Source: Leucoraja ocellata
Taxonomy: Eukaryota
NCBI GenBank assembly: GCA_036785375.1
Contig: JAWMAR010001524.1
Location: forward strand, 124,001 to 188,000
Length of the DNA stretch: 64,000 nt
Reading direction: 5' to 3'
The position numbers and the translations under genes were made by a program. Below the pieces are notes generated by a model. The model saw only the letters and a list, made by a program, of their open reading frames with translations, was not told the DNA's origin and ran no database searches. Positions 38,340 to 51,861 of this stretch are shown one piece after another (positions within the stretch are counted from its first letter, which is position 1; each line of letters starts with the position of its first letter).

Positions 38340-39878
38340 ATGCGCTATGTGAGGAAACAGGAACAACTAAGCGGGCGATCAGAAGGTCAAAAAATGACTA
38401 TAAAATGTAATTGGCAAGTTTGATTAAGAAAAATTCTGAAGCTTTTTGTATGTACATTAAAAATAAGAGGATGAGCTGAGAGATGGTAGGACCACTCAGA
38501 GATAAAGGAGGGAATCACCTTGTAGTCAGAGGATGTACGTGAGGTACTAAATGAGCACTTTGCATCTGCATCACATCGGACGGCACAGTGGCATAGTGGT
38601 AGACCTGCTACCTTTCAGCACCGGGAACCTGGGTTTGGTCCTGTCTGTAAGAAGTTTGTACGTTCTCACTGTGACCGCATGAGTTTTGACTGCAGGTGCT
38701 CTGGTTTTGTCCCACACTAGCAGGTGGCACGGGTTTGTAGATTGGCTTTGGTAAAATTATAAATTGTCCCTGGTGTGTGCAGGATAGTGCTAGTGTTCGG
38801 GATAAACGCCGACTCGGTGGGCTGTTTTGCAGTGTATCTACAAAATCTACAGTCTAAAGTGGAGAAGGACTTGAAGGACAGTGAGATCAGAGTGGACAAT
38901 ACAAATACGCTGGGGCATTTTGAGATTGAGAAGGAGGCGGTGCTGAGGCTCTTGAAGAGCATTAAGATTTCCCCAGGGCCTGATGGGATCTTATCCCAGT
39001 TATTGATGTACGCAAGTGAAGAGATTGTAGAACTGGAAAGTTCCCTTTTGTTTAAGAAAGTGTTCCTTTGTTTCTTAAAGGAAGTAGAGTGAATCCAGGG
39101 AACTATAGGTCAGTGGTAGGGAAACTATTGGTGAGAAATTTTAAAGATAGGATGTACTCTTATTTGGAAGAGAATGGGCTAATTAGGGAGAGCCAGCATG
39201 AATTTGTGCACAACAGGTCATGTCTTACTAACTTGATTGAGTTCCTTGAGGAGGTGATGAAGGAGATTGATGAAGGTAGGGTTGTGGATGTTGTAAACAT
39301 AGATCTTAGTAAGGCTTTTGATAAGGTACCTCATGGTAATCAGGCTGATTAAGATGTACAGGATTCACGAAGACTTGGTCATATGGATTTAGAACTGGCA
39401 TATTCATAGAAAACAGGGTCATGGTGGAAGATAGATATTCTGGCAGAAGGTCTATGACCAATGGAGTCCATCAGGAATCTGTGTTGGGACCTCTGCTTTT
39501 TACGATAGATATAAATGACCTAGACATAAATGTAGATGAGTCGGTGAGTCAGTTTGCGCACTACAACAAAATTGGAGGAGTTACAGACAGTGAGAAATGT
39601 AATCAAAAGATGGCGCAACATATAGATCAGCTGCAGAAATGGGCAGAGAAATGGCAGGTGGAGTTTAACCCAAGCAAGTGTGAGGGGTTGAACTTTAGGA
39701 GGTAGATTGTTAGGGGAGTGTATACAGTTAATGGCAGGATCCTTAACGGCATTATCGTGCAGAGGGATACAGGAGTTCAAGTTCATAGCTCACTGAAGGT
39801 AGCAGCACAAGTAGATAAGGTGGTAAAGAAGGAGTATGGTATACTTGCCTTCATTGATCGGGGCATTGAACATAAGAA
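38340..39878 (+). mobile_element. CR1 LINE RT region (decayed)
   Basis: SPGPDGI, PGNYRS, SQHEF..RSCLTNL, DLSKAFDKVPH, GVHQESVLGPLLF, WAEKWQVEFN. Confidence 0.92.
38578..38857 (+). mobile_element. V-SINE inserted in CR1
   Basis: GGCACAGTGGCATAGTGGTAGA A-box head, V-domain, CTAAA tail. Confidence 0.8.
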
Positions 39879-42696
39879 TTTAAAACAAATCCATGCTAGT
39901 GCAAGAGGTGGGCTGCAGTGTTCTGTTGCTGGAGTAAGATTAGGGTTGTGTAGGTTGTTTCAAGGTCATGGTGGTTGTAGGGAAGTAGCTGTCCCTGAAC
40001 CTGGTGCTGTGAGACTTCAAGCTTCTGTACCTCCTGCCTGATGATGGCACCAAGAAGAGGGCATGGCCTGTATGCTAGCGATCCTTGAGGATAGATGCCA
40101 CCTTCTTGTGGCAACACCTTAATATCTCAAGATTCCCACAAAGCTAGCTTCTGAGGAAAGGTTTTTTTGAATATTTTGTGACAACAGGAAATGAAGACCT
40201 GAGTGACTTTCTCCGGCAACTAAGTTGTATCTGGATCCTTTACTTACACTGCCTCAATTCATTGCTCTCCATCTATTCCTCACAATGATATTGTTACTTG
40301 GGTCCTTTACTCAGAGAAAACATCTCACACCATGAACATTAATCACAGTGGGTATTTCAAATTAGATCTTCCTCGATCAATCTCCTTCATCAGAGTATGC
40401 CTGTCACCCTGATCCAGCACTGAATTTCTTATTTAATTACTCTCAAATGCTTCAATATTTGTCTTGACATAGGTGTGAAAATGTAGCACTGACAATTCAG
40501 AGTGTTTTGCCTATACAACATGCTGGATCGTTGCGTTGGCCTTTGAGTTGGACATTGGTTATAATTTCATGTAGGACATGGCAGTGTAATCAAGTACGAG
40601 CATTGTCTCACAATGCGCATGGTGCCGTTTTGAATTACCGCAAACACGAAGGCTCACATTCCGTATTCTACATGAAATTTGTTAATGATCTCCATAATGT
40701 TTGCAGCCCAGTCAATGCTTACTGTGGGGAATATCTGAAGCAAGAGTTGCTGTCTCAATATATTTGAAAATTATTAACATCAACTTTAGTAGCATGTTGC
40801 TTTACTCAATTCATCCTGCTTTGGCCCACAGGGGGCCATTGTCTCTGTGAATAATCACTTAGAAACCCCCAATTAAGCAGTGTCATTCTAGCGTGTAGTT
40901 GGAACTCTGCAAGAGGGAGCTAAGAATAGCACTAAAGATGTGCCTGTGTTACATAAAAAGTGCAGTGATGTTAATATATTCATTAATTATCTAATGAAAC
41001 ATTTAGCAGATAAAGCACTGCATTAAGTTGATGAAGGAATCTCATTACTGAAAATATTTTTGCTCAGCTGTGAAAAAAGAAGTGGCGTCAGTGGTAGAAA
41101 TATCAAAGAGGTGCTAGAAACATTATGCTAGAAACCGTATGGTTGTTAAATAGAACCACCTTAAAATTGTAACCCGGTTTCAGTCTTTGATGTTAGATTA
41201 CAATCTGTTAGTAAGTAATTGTATGTAAATTGTGTTAGGTGCACAAAATGGACTACAACACAGTGCATTATTTCTGCAATCTATTTTGTTTTCATTTATC
41301 AGATGGTCTCTGATGAATGTAATATAGGCTTTGATGTAATGGAAGCTTGGCTCGAAAAACACCCATGTAGTCACCACAGCACAGGAAGAGGCCATTTGGC
41401 TCGTCATGTCCATGCTGGCTCTCCATAGAACAATGTAGTCAGTCCTACACCAATACTCATAGGAAAGAACTGCAAATGCTGGTTTAAATCAAAGGTAGAC
41501 ACAAAATGCTGGAGTAACTCAGCGGGACAGGCAGCATCTCTGGAGAGAAGGAATGGGTGATGCTTCGGGTCGAGACCTTTTTTCAGTCTCCAGCAATTTG
41601 TGTCTACCAATACTCTCTCCCCAAAGCCCTACAAGTTTATTTTCTCCCATCCACTTTGCTCTTATGATCATTGACTATTCCAGTTTCCACACCCCCCACC
41701 CTCCCCAATTCCTCATTGGGAGTGATTTCCAGGCCATCTCTTGTCAATTTCTCCCTTATTTCTTGCACAAAACTTTATTCTGAGTGCCTTCACTCGATGA
41801 TTAAAACATCTTTTCTCCGTCCATCTTAACTGAACCTGTCATAATTCTGTCCACCACCCTCAGATCCCCTCACAAGCTTCTTTGTTCCAAGAACAACCTC
41901 CAATTGCCAAACCGAATCTTAGAAGAGAAAAACGTACCTCAGGCCCCTCATGCTGGCCAGAACTGACCACGGAGCTTGGTTAAAGTCCATGTAAACCTCC
42001 CTGCTTCTTGTCATCACTACCCTAATTAGCAAAACCCATTATCCCTTACGCCTTGCTAACTGCTCTTTCAATATCTCCTTCCTCCTTCAAATATCTGTGC
42101 GTATGTCAATTTTTGCTGCACACTCTTTACAACTGTGCCTCTGAGTCTATAATTGCTCTCCCAATTCCCTCGGCCAAAGTGCATTAACTCATACTTCTCT
42201 CTAATAAATTCTGCCTGCATCTGGAATGCCCATTCTGCAGTATAACATGCTGCAATCAATTGAACTCAATCACAGTGATTGTCAAGCTATCCACACATAA
42301 TAACTTCCTGCTCTTTATTTTAGATCACTGTTTGGGCAAATATGATTTTATATTGCATTTGGAAGTATTACACCATCATCCCCTTTGTTTGTTAACTAGT
42401 GATCTAAATCTTGAGTAAACTTAAGCAGGAAACTTAAGCTTATAATAGAGTGTTTCCATCTTCACTTGCATTTTTATGCAATGTAGTCCAAGAAATGCCA
42501 AGGGAGCCAGAAAATGTGAAACTCCACTGAATGGCCACCGGCTATCCACATACCAAATCAAATTAGCTTTTGTTCTCAATGTCTATCAATGTGATCTGAA
42601 GGAAGTCCACTATCACTCTAACTCATGTGGTGAAAACAGCTTCTTCACACTGGCCTTCATCAGTAAGGTAATATGATGATAGAAGTTGGGATGTTA

Positions 42697-43245
42697 TACC
42701 CGGAGGCTGCAGCGAATCATCCGATCAGCTGAGAAGGTTGACAAAAGTGCTGGAGAAACTCAGCGGGTGAGGCAGCATCTATGGAGCAAAGGAAATAGGC
42801 AACGTTTCGGGCCGAAACCCTTCAGAAGGTTGTTGGCTGCAAATCCTTCCCTCCATTGACGAACTGTACACTGCAAGGCCCAGGAAGCGAGGGGGTAAGA
42901 TCATCTCTGACCCCTCTCACCCTGGCCACCAACTCGTTGAATCACTTCCCTCTGGAAGGCGACTCCGGACTGTCAAAGCTGCCACAGCCAGACATAAAAA
43001 CAGCTTTTTTTCCCACGAGTAATAGCTCTACTCAATAATCAAAAATCTGTAGCCTCCTTTTGCTCTGGTATTTTATTTAATTCACAAGTTTAATCGATGA
43101 GGTTGTATTATTAATGTTTAATGTCTTATGTGTCATTCTTAATTGTCACTGTATGTCATGTTGTCACTTGCGAGCGGAGCACCAAGGCAAATTCCTTGTA
43201 TGTGAACATACTTGGCCAATAAACTTACTTCATTTATTCATTCAT
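42697..43245 (+). mobile_element. Rex1/Babar LINE 3' end
   Basis: Closely matches 60657-61110; ends AATAAACTTAC(TTCA)n. Confidence 0.9.
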
Positions 43246-43782
43246 TGCAGTAATGCAAGAGGTTGGTGAGCCTGCACTTGGAATGTTTTGTTCAGTTTTA
43301 GTCACCCTGCTGTAGAAAAGACAGCATTTAGCTGGAAAAAGTGCAGGAAAGATTTACAAGGATGTTGCTAGGTCTTGAGGGACTGAGTTCTAAGGTAAGT
43401 TGAGCAGACTAGGATTTATTTCTTGGAGTGACAGAGACTGAGAGGTGATCTTATAGTGGTCTTAAAAATTGTGAGGGGATTAAATCAGGTGAATGCGCAC
43501 AGGATTTATTCTAGGCTTGAGGAATCATGAACAAGAGAGATAGATGTAAGATGAAAGGGGAAAGATTTAATCAGAACCTGAGGGGCAACATTTTCACACA
43601 GGAGGCGTTACATATATGTATTGCCCTGCTAGAGGAAGTGGTTGAGGCAGTTACAATAATAATGGTTAAAACTATTTGGACAGGTAAGGTTTGGAGGGAT
43701 ATGGGTCAAATACAGGCAAATATGTCCAGCTTAGTTGACATGGATCAGATGAGCCGTGGGGCCTGTTACTGTACAGTATGAT
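43246..43782 (+). mobile_element. CR1 3' fragment
   Basis: LVSLHLECFVQF and KGERFNQNLRGNIFTQ. Confidence 0.8.
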
Positions 43783-43918
43783 TCTATCAGACAGTTTGTT
43801 TCCCAGCCACTGTGAATGCTGACTGCATGGGTCCCAACAAGCCATGTACGTCAGCTCTCCAGTAGTTCATTGATTTGACTGCAAGGGCCACAATTGGCTA
43901 ATCAGGCTGTGTAGGTTA

Positions 43919-44124
43919 AGGGCCTGTCCCACCTGGGCGTCATTTGCGCGTCACGCAGATGGCGCGCGAAGATTTTGTACATCCCAAAATCCTGGGGCAC
44001 CGCGAGCGACCCTGCCTACGTCACCATGCACCGTACGCGCATAATGTGCACCATGCGTGCGCCGTGACGCGTAAATGATGTCGCGTAAATTACACACAAA
44101 TAACGCCCAAGTGGGACAAGCCCT
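43919..44124. mobile_element. PIF/Harbinger-type MITE (complete)
   Basis: TTA TSD (43916-43918 and 44125-44127); TIR AGGGCCTGTCCCACCTGGGCGT / ACGCCCAAGTGGGACAAGCCCT. Confidence 0.85.
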
Positions 44125-44261
44125 TTAAGATTCAAAAACACCAGACATTGTAAATAAAAATTTAAATGAAAAATGCTGGAAATACTCAGCAAGTCAGACT
44201 GCATATGTGGAAGAGACACAGAGTTAATATTTCAGGTCAGAGATTTGGTAGGCAATCTATA

Positions 44262-44990
44262 TAGGTCACCAACAAGTTCTAAATCCAACCAGGTGGTGCC
44301 ACAACAACTGACAAATTGTACTGAGTCTCCAAAAACTACCAATGCATAATCTGATTGTTTCATAGAACATAGAACAGTGCAGCACAAGAACAACCTCAGC
44401 AAATGACAGCAAATTCTGACAGCATAATCTTAATAAATATCGTAACCGATGGTTTGCATCTCCAAGCAGCTTGCAAATCAGACCCTACATGTTTACAACG
44501 TGATCAAACTGGCTACAAGGGTCACCAATAAAGTCTAAATTACATTCATTGGGTCTTCGGCAAGTCAAATCTCATTATACGTCTCTCTAACAACTGTCAT
44601 ATCTTGCATGTTCCAAAAAACAGCTATATCTGACTGTAAACATCCTCGGCAACTGCCATATTTGATCGTATGTCTCCAAAGCAATGGCTAAATCTGACTA
44701 TTTGGGTCTCTCAACAAGTCACATCTGACTGTACGTGTCACCAATATCCTCCAAATCTGACTAAGTCTCCTGGCATCTACTAAATCTATGTGTTTGCAAC
44801 AACTGCCATTTCTTACTCAATTGTCCCCAAAGACTACCAAATGAAGCTGTGTAAATTAGTAATAATTGCCGCATTTGACCATATCATTTATGCAACACAG
44901 TTAATTCCTACTGCCAAAGTCTACAGTCTGGCTGCTCACTTAATCTGACCTGGAACATTCTGCAACACCTGCTAAACCTGGCTGTATTCT
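44262..44990. repeat. Highly degenerate ~30-bp minisatellite
   Basis: Recurrent units approximating GTCTCCAACAACTGCCAAATCTGACTGTA. Confidence 0.6.
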
Positions 44991-45872
44991 TGATCACATA
45001 ATCTGCATCTAATTTCAGCACCCCATTCAGATGCACTCAATCTCACAAAACATTTTTATTTACTGGTGTAGTGACTGAAGCAAGAGCACAAGCAATCCTG
45101 AGCTCCCATTTAAGGGAGTGTAGTCCTTGTATGTAGCCTCGTACCTAACATTAAAGCAATGCTCAGTAGAAAATGAATAATGTTATCATCTTTCTTAGTT
45201 TTGATGCAGCGTACATTTTTGTCCCCTGGTGCTTTGAACATCTTGTATCCTCTTCATTGACTCTCGACATCTTTGTTTTCCTGTGAAATTGAGAGCCATA
45301 TTTCCTGGAACCTTTGTGCTTCCTGCTGCAGGACTAGTGCCAAATGACAGAAAACTGCCCCTGTGTGTTTTTCTTCATTGTTCAATGTGCAGTCTTGGCA
45401 CAGCAGCCCACAATGCTTGAAGTACCTTATGTGAATGTCAGAAGGAACAGTCAGCTGTTGGAAGCCTTCATTGTCATGGTCACTGAATCTAAATAAAATA
45501 TACTGCATGGCAATCTGCATTTAAATGTCTGGTGAAACATCATACAATTATTATGCTGTTTGGAGCACAAGTCTAGCTCAGACACCAAAAGTCACAGTTC
45601 TGCACCTTTGTTTGCTAAATGTAAGAAAGTACATTGTATACACATGTCCCTAGTTGGAAATATCGTGAGGGGGAAGTCTGGGGGAAAGTTTAAAGGAGAT
45701 GTGCCGGGCAAGTATTGTACATAGAGAGTAATGGGTGCCCAGAATGCACTGCCAGGGTGGTGGTGGAGACAGATTTGATTGTGACGATTAAGATGCTTTT
45801 AAATAGGCACGTAGATATGAGGGGAATATAGATCACCTGCAGTTAGAAGAGATTAGTTTAACTTGGCATCGT

Positions 45873-46440
45873 GTGTAGGAAGGAACTGCAGATGCTGGTT
45901 TAAATCGAAGGTTGACACAAAATGTTGGAGTAACTCAGCGGGGCTGGCAGCATCTCTGGAGAGAAGGAATGGGTGACGTTTCGGATCAGGGGAGTGGGCG
46001 GGACAGAGATAAAATGTAGTGGGAGACAGTAAGACTGATGGGAGAACTGGGAAGGGGGAGGGGGATGGAGAGAGAGGGAAAGCAAGGGCTATTTTTGGCT
46101 AAAGGGATCAGGGGGTATGGAGAGAAGGCATGATCATATTGAATGGCGGTGCAGGCTCGGAGGGCTGAATGTCCTACTCCTGCACCTATTTTCTATGTTT
46201 CTATTTGAAGTTAGAGAAGTCAATGTTCATATCGCTGGGGTGTAAACTACCCAAGCAAAATATGAAGTGCTGTTCCTCTAATTTGCTCTGGACCTCACTC
46301 TGACAATGGAGGCCCAGGACAGAAAGGTCAGATTGGAAATGGGAGAGCTGAGCAACTGGGAGATCAGGTAGGTTCAGGCAGACTGAGCGGAGGTGTTCTA
46401 CGAAACGATCGCCGAGCCTCCGCTTGATCTTGCCGATATT
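45873..46440 (-). mobile_element. Penelope-like 3' end (GIY-YIG C-terminus and pLTR) with a CR1 tail inserted at about 46095-46204
   Basis: Reverse complement matches 23045-23480. Confidence 0.85.
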
Positions 46441-47519
46441 GCCGACCTGTGGGGCCTGTTTCTGTGCTGAATTGTTTTATATTCTTTAACTTTCAAAGAT
46501 CTTCATGTAAACCCATAGGAATGCTGGTATATTCTTCCACCTTTTGAACAGCAGACTATTACCATTAACAAACATCAAACACAAATCGTACATTCCCAAA
46601 AAGCATTTATCTATATGTATATGGAACCTACAGATACATGCTTTTTCTCTTGAACTCTGAAATCACCCATCTGGATTATAGTTGTTCTGTACCTTCATTT
46701 CATTTATCCACCTTAGTACGTCAATTCTTACTCCTTTTGTACAATGGAAACATTTGTAACCTCAGTTTTGACATTTTGTATTTACCTCATTTCAACAAGT
46801 TTTGGGAGGATTTGTTGAATTCCAGATTTCCGTGACCTCTTGTGTGTCCATCTGTACGACTTTTGATCAAATATTACTTAAGCAAGTGCAATTTCATCTC
46901 TGTTGTCAATTCAGAATCCAATCCCTTCTCCCTGCTTTCGCTTCACTCTTTTCCTCCTCTCTCTTTGTCTCTTCCTCAGTTACTCCCCAGCTCTTCCTCC
47001 CCTCCTCCTTTCTTCACTTTTGCTTCATCATTCTACCTTCTCTTTGTCTGTTATGTGTTAGTTAACTGTTACAAGCAAGCACTGAACTATAGTAGCTCTG
47101 AGACCAAAGTTGACATTCACATGCACAGAACTCTAGAAACCTGACACCAAACTAAATATAATAAATCTACCAATTTGTCAAAAAGAAACAAATGGGTCTG
47201 TAGTAATCTTCAGGGAAGTGTAGCTGTCACCCCTACCAACCAGGTCTAAAGATATAAGAACCAGGAACATGGCCAGATGATCTTTGAGACTGCATTGGCA
47301 ATTACCAACATTAATGTTTGTGATTCATTAGCTCGCTGGTTTATAGTGAACTCTTAATGCAGACATGACAAGTAAGTTTTTAAGAAGGAACTGCAGATGC
47401 TGGAAAATTGAAGGTAGACAAAAATGCTGGAGAAACTCAGCGGGTGCAGCAGCATCTATGGAGCGAAGGAAATAGGCAACGTTTCGGGCCGAAAACCTGC
47501 AAATAACCCCCAGCTACGG

Positions 47520-48050
47520 GTGCAGGTTTAACGGTGGATGTATTGGGGGTTATAGTGTGTACATTACTGGATAAGGTAAGGATGTCATGATGACTATATG
47601 GAAGAGATTATGTTATTTTAATAGGTGCATTGGTTATATGGTGGATGTATTCATGATTTGGCATACTCCTTGGTTATGTTATACCCGTATAGGCATTTAT
47701 ATACGGGTATATGGATGCCTTTATTGTGAATTATATTCAGTGATTTCAGAAATTATATTGTGGGTGTGTCAGTGGCCATATGATGGGTGTGCCAGTGATT
47801 AGAAATGGGTGTGTTGGTCATTAGATGTTAGGGTATTGGTGATTATCTGGAGGATGTGTTTATATGTGATTATATGGTGGGCGTGTCAGTGATTATATGG
47901 AGAATGTGTTGGTGATTATACAGTGGGTGTGACAGTGATTTATACATTAGTCGTGCCGATGATTATATGTATATACATTGCTTATGTGATTTCTGTTTGT
48001 TTTGTGATAGTATTTGAGTTGTCTTGGTGATTATATGGAGGATATCAGTC
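47520..48050. repeat. G/T-rich degenerate repeat (GTGATTATATG core)
   Basis: Repeated gtgattatatg/gggtgtg motifs; strongly C-poor on the + strand. Confidence 0.6.
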
Positions 48051-49645
48051 ATTCAGCTTTTCACGTTGGGCTTTGACACTTTGAATCATTAATTAGAAAA
48101 TGGCATCCTTCTGCTCACAGCCTCTGTATTCACAGCATATTCCTATATTTCCTGTGTGCATGTAACTTTGAAATTAATTTGTATTGTTGTTAAAATTAAT
48201 CACAAGACAGAGTAGTTCTAGAGCCCTCTACAAGGAACTCTGATCTCCTATGTCAGACTTGGTTGATTGAGCTTAATATAACATTCTTACACAGTTCTTC
48301 ATAAATATGCAGTTATATTTTATGAAGTACTGGTTCATTGAATCAAATCACTGCAACTTGAAAAGCCCTCTCCGGTTTAGAATCTAGCTAAATTAAAACC
48401 ATTTATTGTAAAGCTGAAGATAGACACAAAAAGCTGGAGTAACTCAGGGGGACAGGCAGCATCCCTGGAGAGAAGGAATGGGTGACTTTTTGGGTCAAAA
48501 GCTGTATTTTTTACAGGATAGTAATGTGTTTAGTAATGTTAAACTCACTATTTTCTACAAAATGAAATCTTCACTGTGCATTCAATGAGTGGCTCTCCCC
48601 CTTCTGCCTTTCCCATAGCCACACGCACCACACAAAGGAACCGGCAACTCACTCTCGGTGGAGAAGCCTCCGTCTACTCACTGGGTTTGCCGACAAACGC
48701 ACCTTGGGCAAATCTGGTGCACTCTCCAGTACATACTGTATGCCAAGGAAATTCCACAGGGAGGAGAGGTGACTTGTTTATCCTCAAGGAGCCTCACAAA
48801 CGTGCAAAGACACACAAAATGAGAGAAGTTATAACACGCTCACTCACTCATACATCGATTCACCCTGGGTATTCCAACACCCTTTTACGAAGGAAATGTA
48901 CCACATCACAGTCAGGATTTTGCAAACACATGGCATCTGCACAAATCTCTAACCAATACCAACTAACCCTATACCCGCCTCAGAAGCTCCGAGTTTTGTA
49001 GCAATTAGATTTTGAGGACTTGAAGGTATAGGCTTGCACTATAACAAAAGAGCAACTCATTGGTCTTACAACATTCCAAGAAAGGGTTTTGGTGAGTTTA
49101 CTTATTCAGTGCATCTGAAACTGAGTGTGTTTCTCATTCTTATTAATGTTGGGGTAATCTTTGCATTGGAACATTATCAAGTCCTAACAACAGAAATTAA
49201 GTGTTCCCACACAAGGGAGGTGTGAGCAAGTGTAAAGCAGTGATTATGACATGGTATAAATCTGAGTTGCCATGGAAACGCCATAACATGCCTGAGTCCA
49301 AGTACTTCCAACTTTTTTGGTTGCAAATTACTGACTATGCTGTAAAGGGCAGCATTTTAGCAAGTAAGAGGTTTAAACATTCAGGATGGAGTGAATTGGT
49401 GACCGACAGTAAAAGGAATTTGGTGCGATTCGTAACCAAGTTCATTCTGAGAAAGATTGATCATGATGGAAGTTGAGAACTGGTGATAGAGGATTGACTG
49501 AATTGAATGCTGTGCCTGAAGATGCAGCTTCTTCCAGAGAAGAACATCTTATCTGTAGAACCATTGCCAAATTGAATATTGGCTACTGGTTGAAGACACA
49601 CTAATCTGAAGCCTTTCTTTGTATTTATTTTTATATTTCTTTTAG

Positions 49646-49690
49646 GAGCGAGACGTTTTATACTTTGATGCAAAAGCAGGAACATCAGAT
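49646..49690 (+). CDS. CACNA2D2: Calcium channel alpha2delta-2 subunit, next coding exon (45 bp, phase 0/0; equivalent to human exon 5 as recalled)
   Basis: Acceptor tttttatatttcttttAG, donor GAT|[21 protein letters not shown] versus recalled human EEDIVYYDAKADAEL; in frame with the 16035 exon. Confidence 0.88.
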
Positions 49691-51861
49691 GTAAGTCCAG
49701 AAGTTGAATATTCATTGCATGTGTGACATTCAACTTTCGGATGTAACTCTCTGTCTTTGGTGTTGTGAGAGGTCTTGTCTCAGTGTGGTGTGAGATGCTG
49801 ACAAACAAGGAGAAGAGCAATTGACTCATGTCTTGATATAGAGGCTGATAACTACATGGGGCAAGACAATTCAATGGACAGAATCAAATGATACCATCAC
49901 AGCTCTCCTTTCTCAACCCCATCATCCTGAGCTCCCATTCTTACTAAAGCATCAAACATTTCATCCTTCCAATGGTTTAGCCAGTGAGTGGCTGAGCATG
50001 AAGATTTAATTCCGACTGTGCTGAGTTGCCCATCCACTGTTGCAAGGGCGCACTTACTGGCTGGGGTGCTTTTGAATATATGAGAAGGAAATCTGCCAGG
50101 AAGTCCATGTCTGATAGTACTCAGTGGTCGTTTCAGGAGCTATGTGAATGAGTGCCCACCATAACTAAAAGGGTTGCCCACAATTGAAGATCACCAAGTT
50201 CTTCCCAGTCCTTGCCCTCTTTAGGTATCAGAAGGTTGCTGCCGTCTGTAGATCTGTGCCTCAGTAAAGGGCAATGACTGGGGGGGAAAAAAACAAAGTA
50301 GTGGAAGAACTCAACAGGCCAGGCAACACCTGCGGAGGGAAAAGGACAAATGTCATTTCGGGGTCAGGACTCTTTATGTTTCCTGTCCATTTTCCTCCAC
50401 AGACGCTGCCTGTCCCACTGAGTACTTCCAACACCCTGTTTTATGCTCAAGGTTCCAGAGTATCTTGCGCCTCCAAGAACTGGGAAGGATAAGCTAAATG
50501 AATATGCATTTGAAACACTATGAATCTCTATAGTCCGTCAACTCGCTATGGGAAACTTCGTAGAATGTGGCAGCAAGAATATCAGATAAGAGGCCAGGAA
50601 GACCAGATGGTGTACTTGGTCTGTCCCATACTATACTGACTGAGTGTGATTTGCATTCACATTCACTCTAACCACTCAACCGTACACAACCTCCAGAGGA
50701 TTGAAGAGACCGACTTTGAAAATCACAGGTTTTCTATCCAATCCCCACAAATGATGAAACAATCTTCATTTGCCCACAGTTGTGTTGGCATTTGATATGT
50801 GATATTTGTTGCTTTCACGTTGTGTGTTTATGTTGTTTGCTTTGTACGTGGTAGTGTCCCTATAATTAAACTCCCACCTCATTTCCCAACATAGCCAATG
50901 TTTGCCAAATGCCTTTTGATGTGAAACGTGAAGGATTGTCGCCTTCCCTGTGTAAAGTCTCTAACGACAATCATTTTATTTAAAGTGCATTTCTGTGCTG
51001 ATGAAAGTAAGTGCTGGGACACTGCCAGTTCTGGAACTCCTTGTCAACATGAAGCCCTCTCCAGTCAGGTACTGAATGGTGAAGTTACAATGAAACACAT
51101 CCACAGTTACAGCCACCTCAGGGCACTCTCCACTGCCCCACATGAGGCTAATATTTGGTATCAGTTAGCACTGAGTTGTGTGGTTGGGCTCTTGCTCACT
51201 GAGGACTTAACATGGACAACAGTCATTTTACATCAACCTCAAGGGCGCTGGACAGACTGATGAATCAAACTAGAACCAGAGAGGATTCTCATCGGGTTGA
51301 GGAGTGTAGGTCATAGCTGTGCTCCTATAGACTTTATTGGTATTGCCATTGGTTTATTATTATCACATGTACCAAGATACTGTGGAAAACTTTGGTTGCA
51401 TGCTATCCAGTCAAATCATACCATACATGAGGACATCATCACCGGTGATCACTTGGAATCGAGTATGATTGTCTTCCTGGTAGGTTCGTTCCATGGTATT
51501 TCCCACTTGTGTATGACATCCTTAAACGTGAGGGGGAGACTGGTTCACAAATAGCTATCATACGTACTTGACAGAGACAGACCTGGGTCCAACGGCACGG
51601 ACTCCGCGTCGGATGGAAGTCTCTCCCTGCTGCAGCCTGCTTTCACCTTTCCAATCCTATGGTGCAACTTTGATTGGCCAGCCATTATCCTCTGCCTGTT
51701 TGACCATTGATGTCATGTGCATGAGTATAATTAAACCATACACAAGCACAACAGGTAATGAAAAGAGAAAAAAAATACCAGAGTGCAAAATATAGTGTGA
51801 CAGCGTTATTATGTTACAGTTACAGAGAAAGTGCAGATACAAAATCGGGCAAGGCCTCCTA

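Noticed and set aside
38612-38632. TTCAGCACC, a possible REST/RE1 half-site
   Set aside because: Part of a SINE head; the GGACAG right half is absent
44262-44990. CRISPR-like periodicity
   Set aside because: Vertebrate intron; units are wholly degenerate with no conserved repeat/unique spacer pattern and no cas genes
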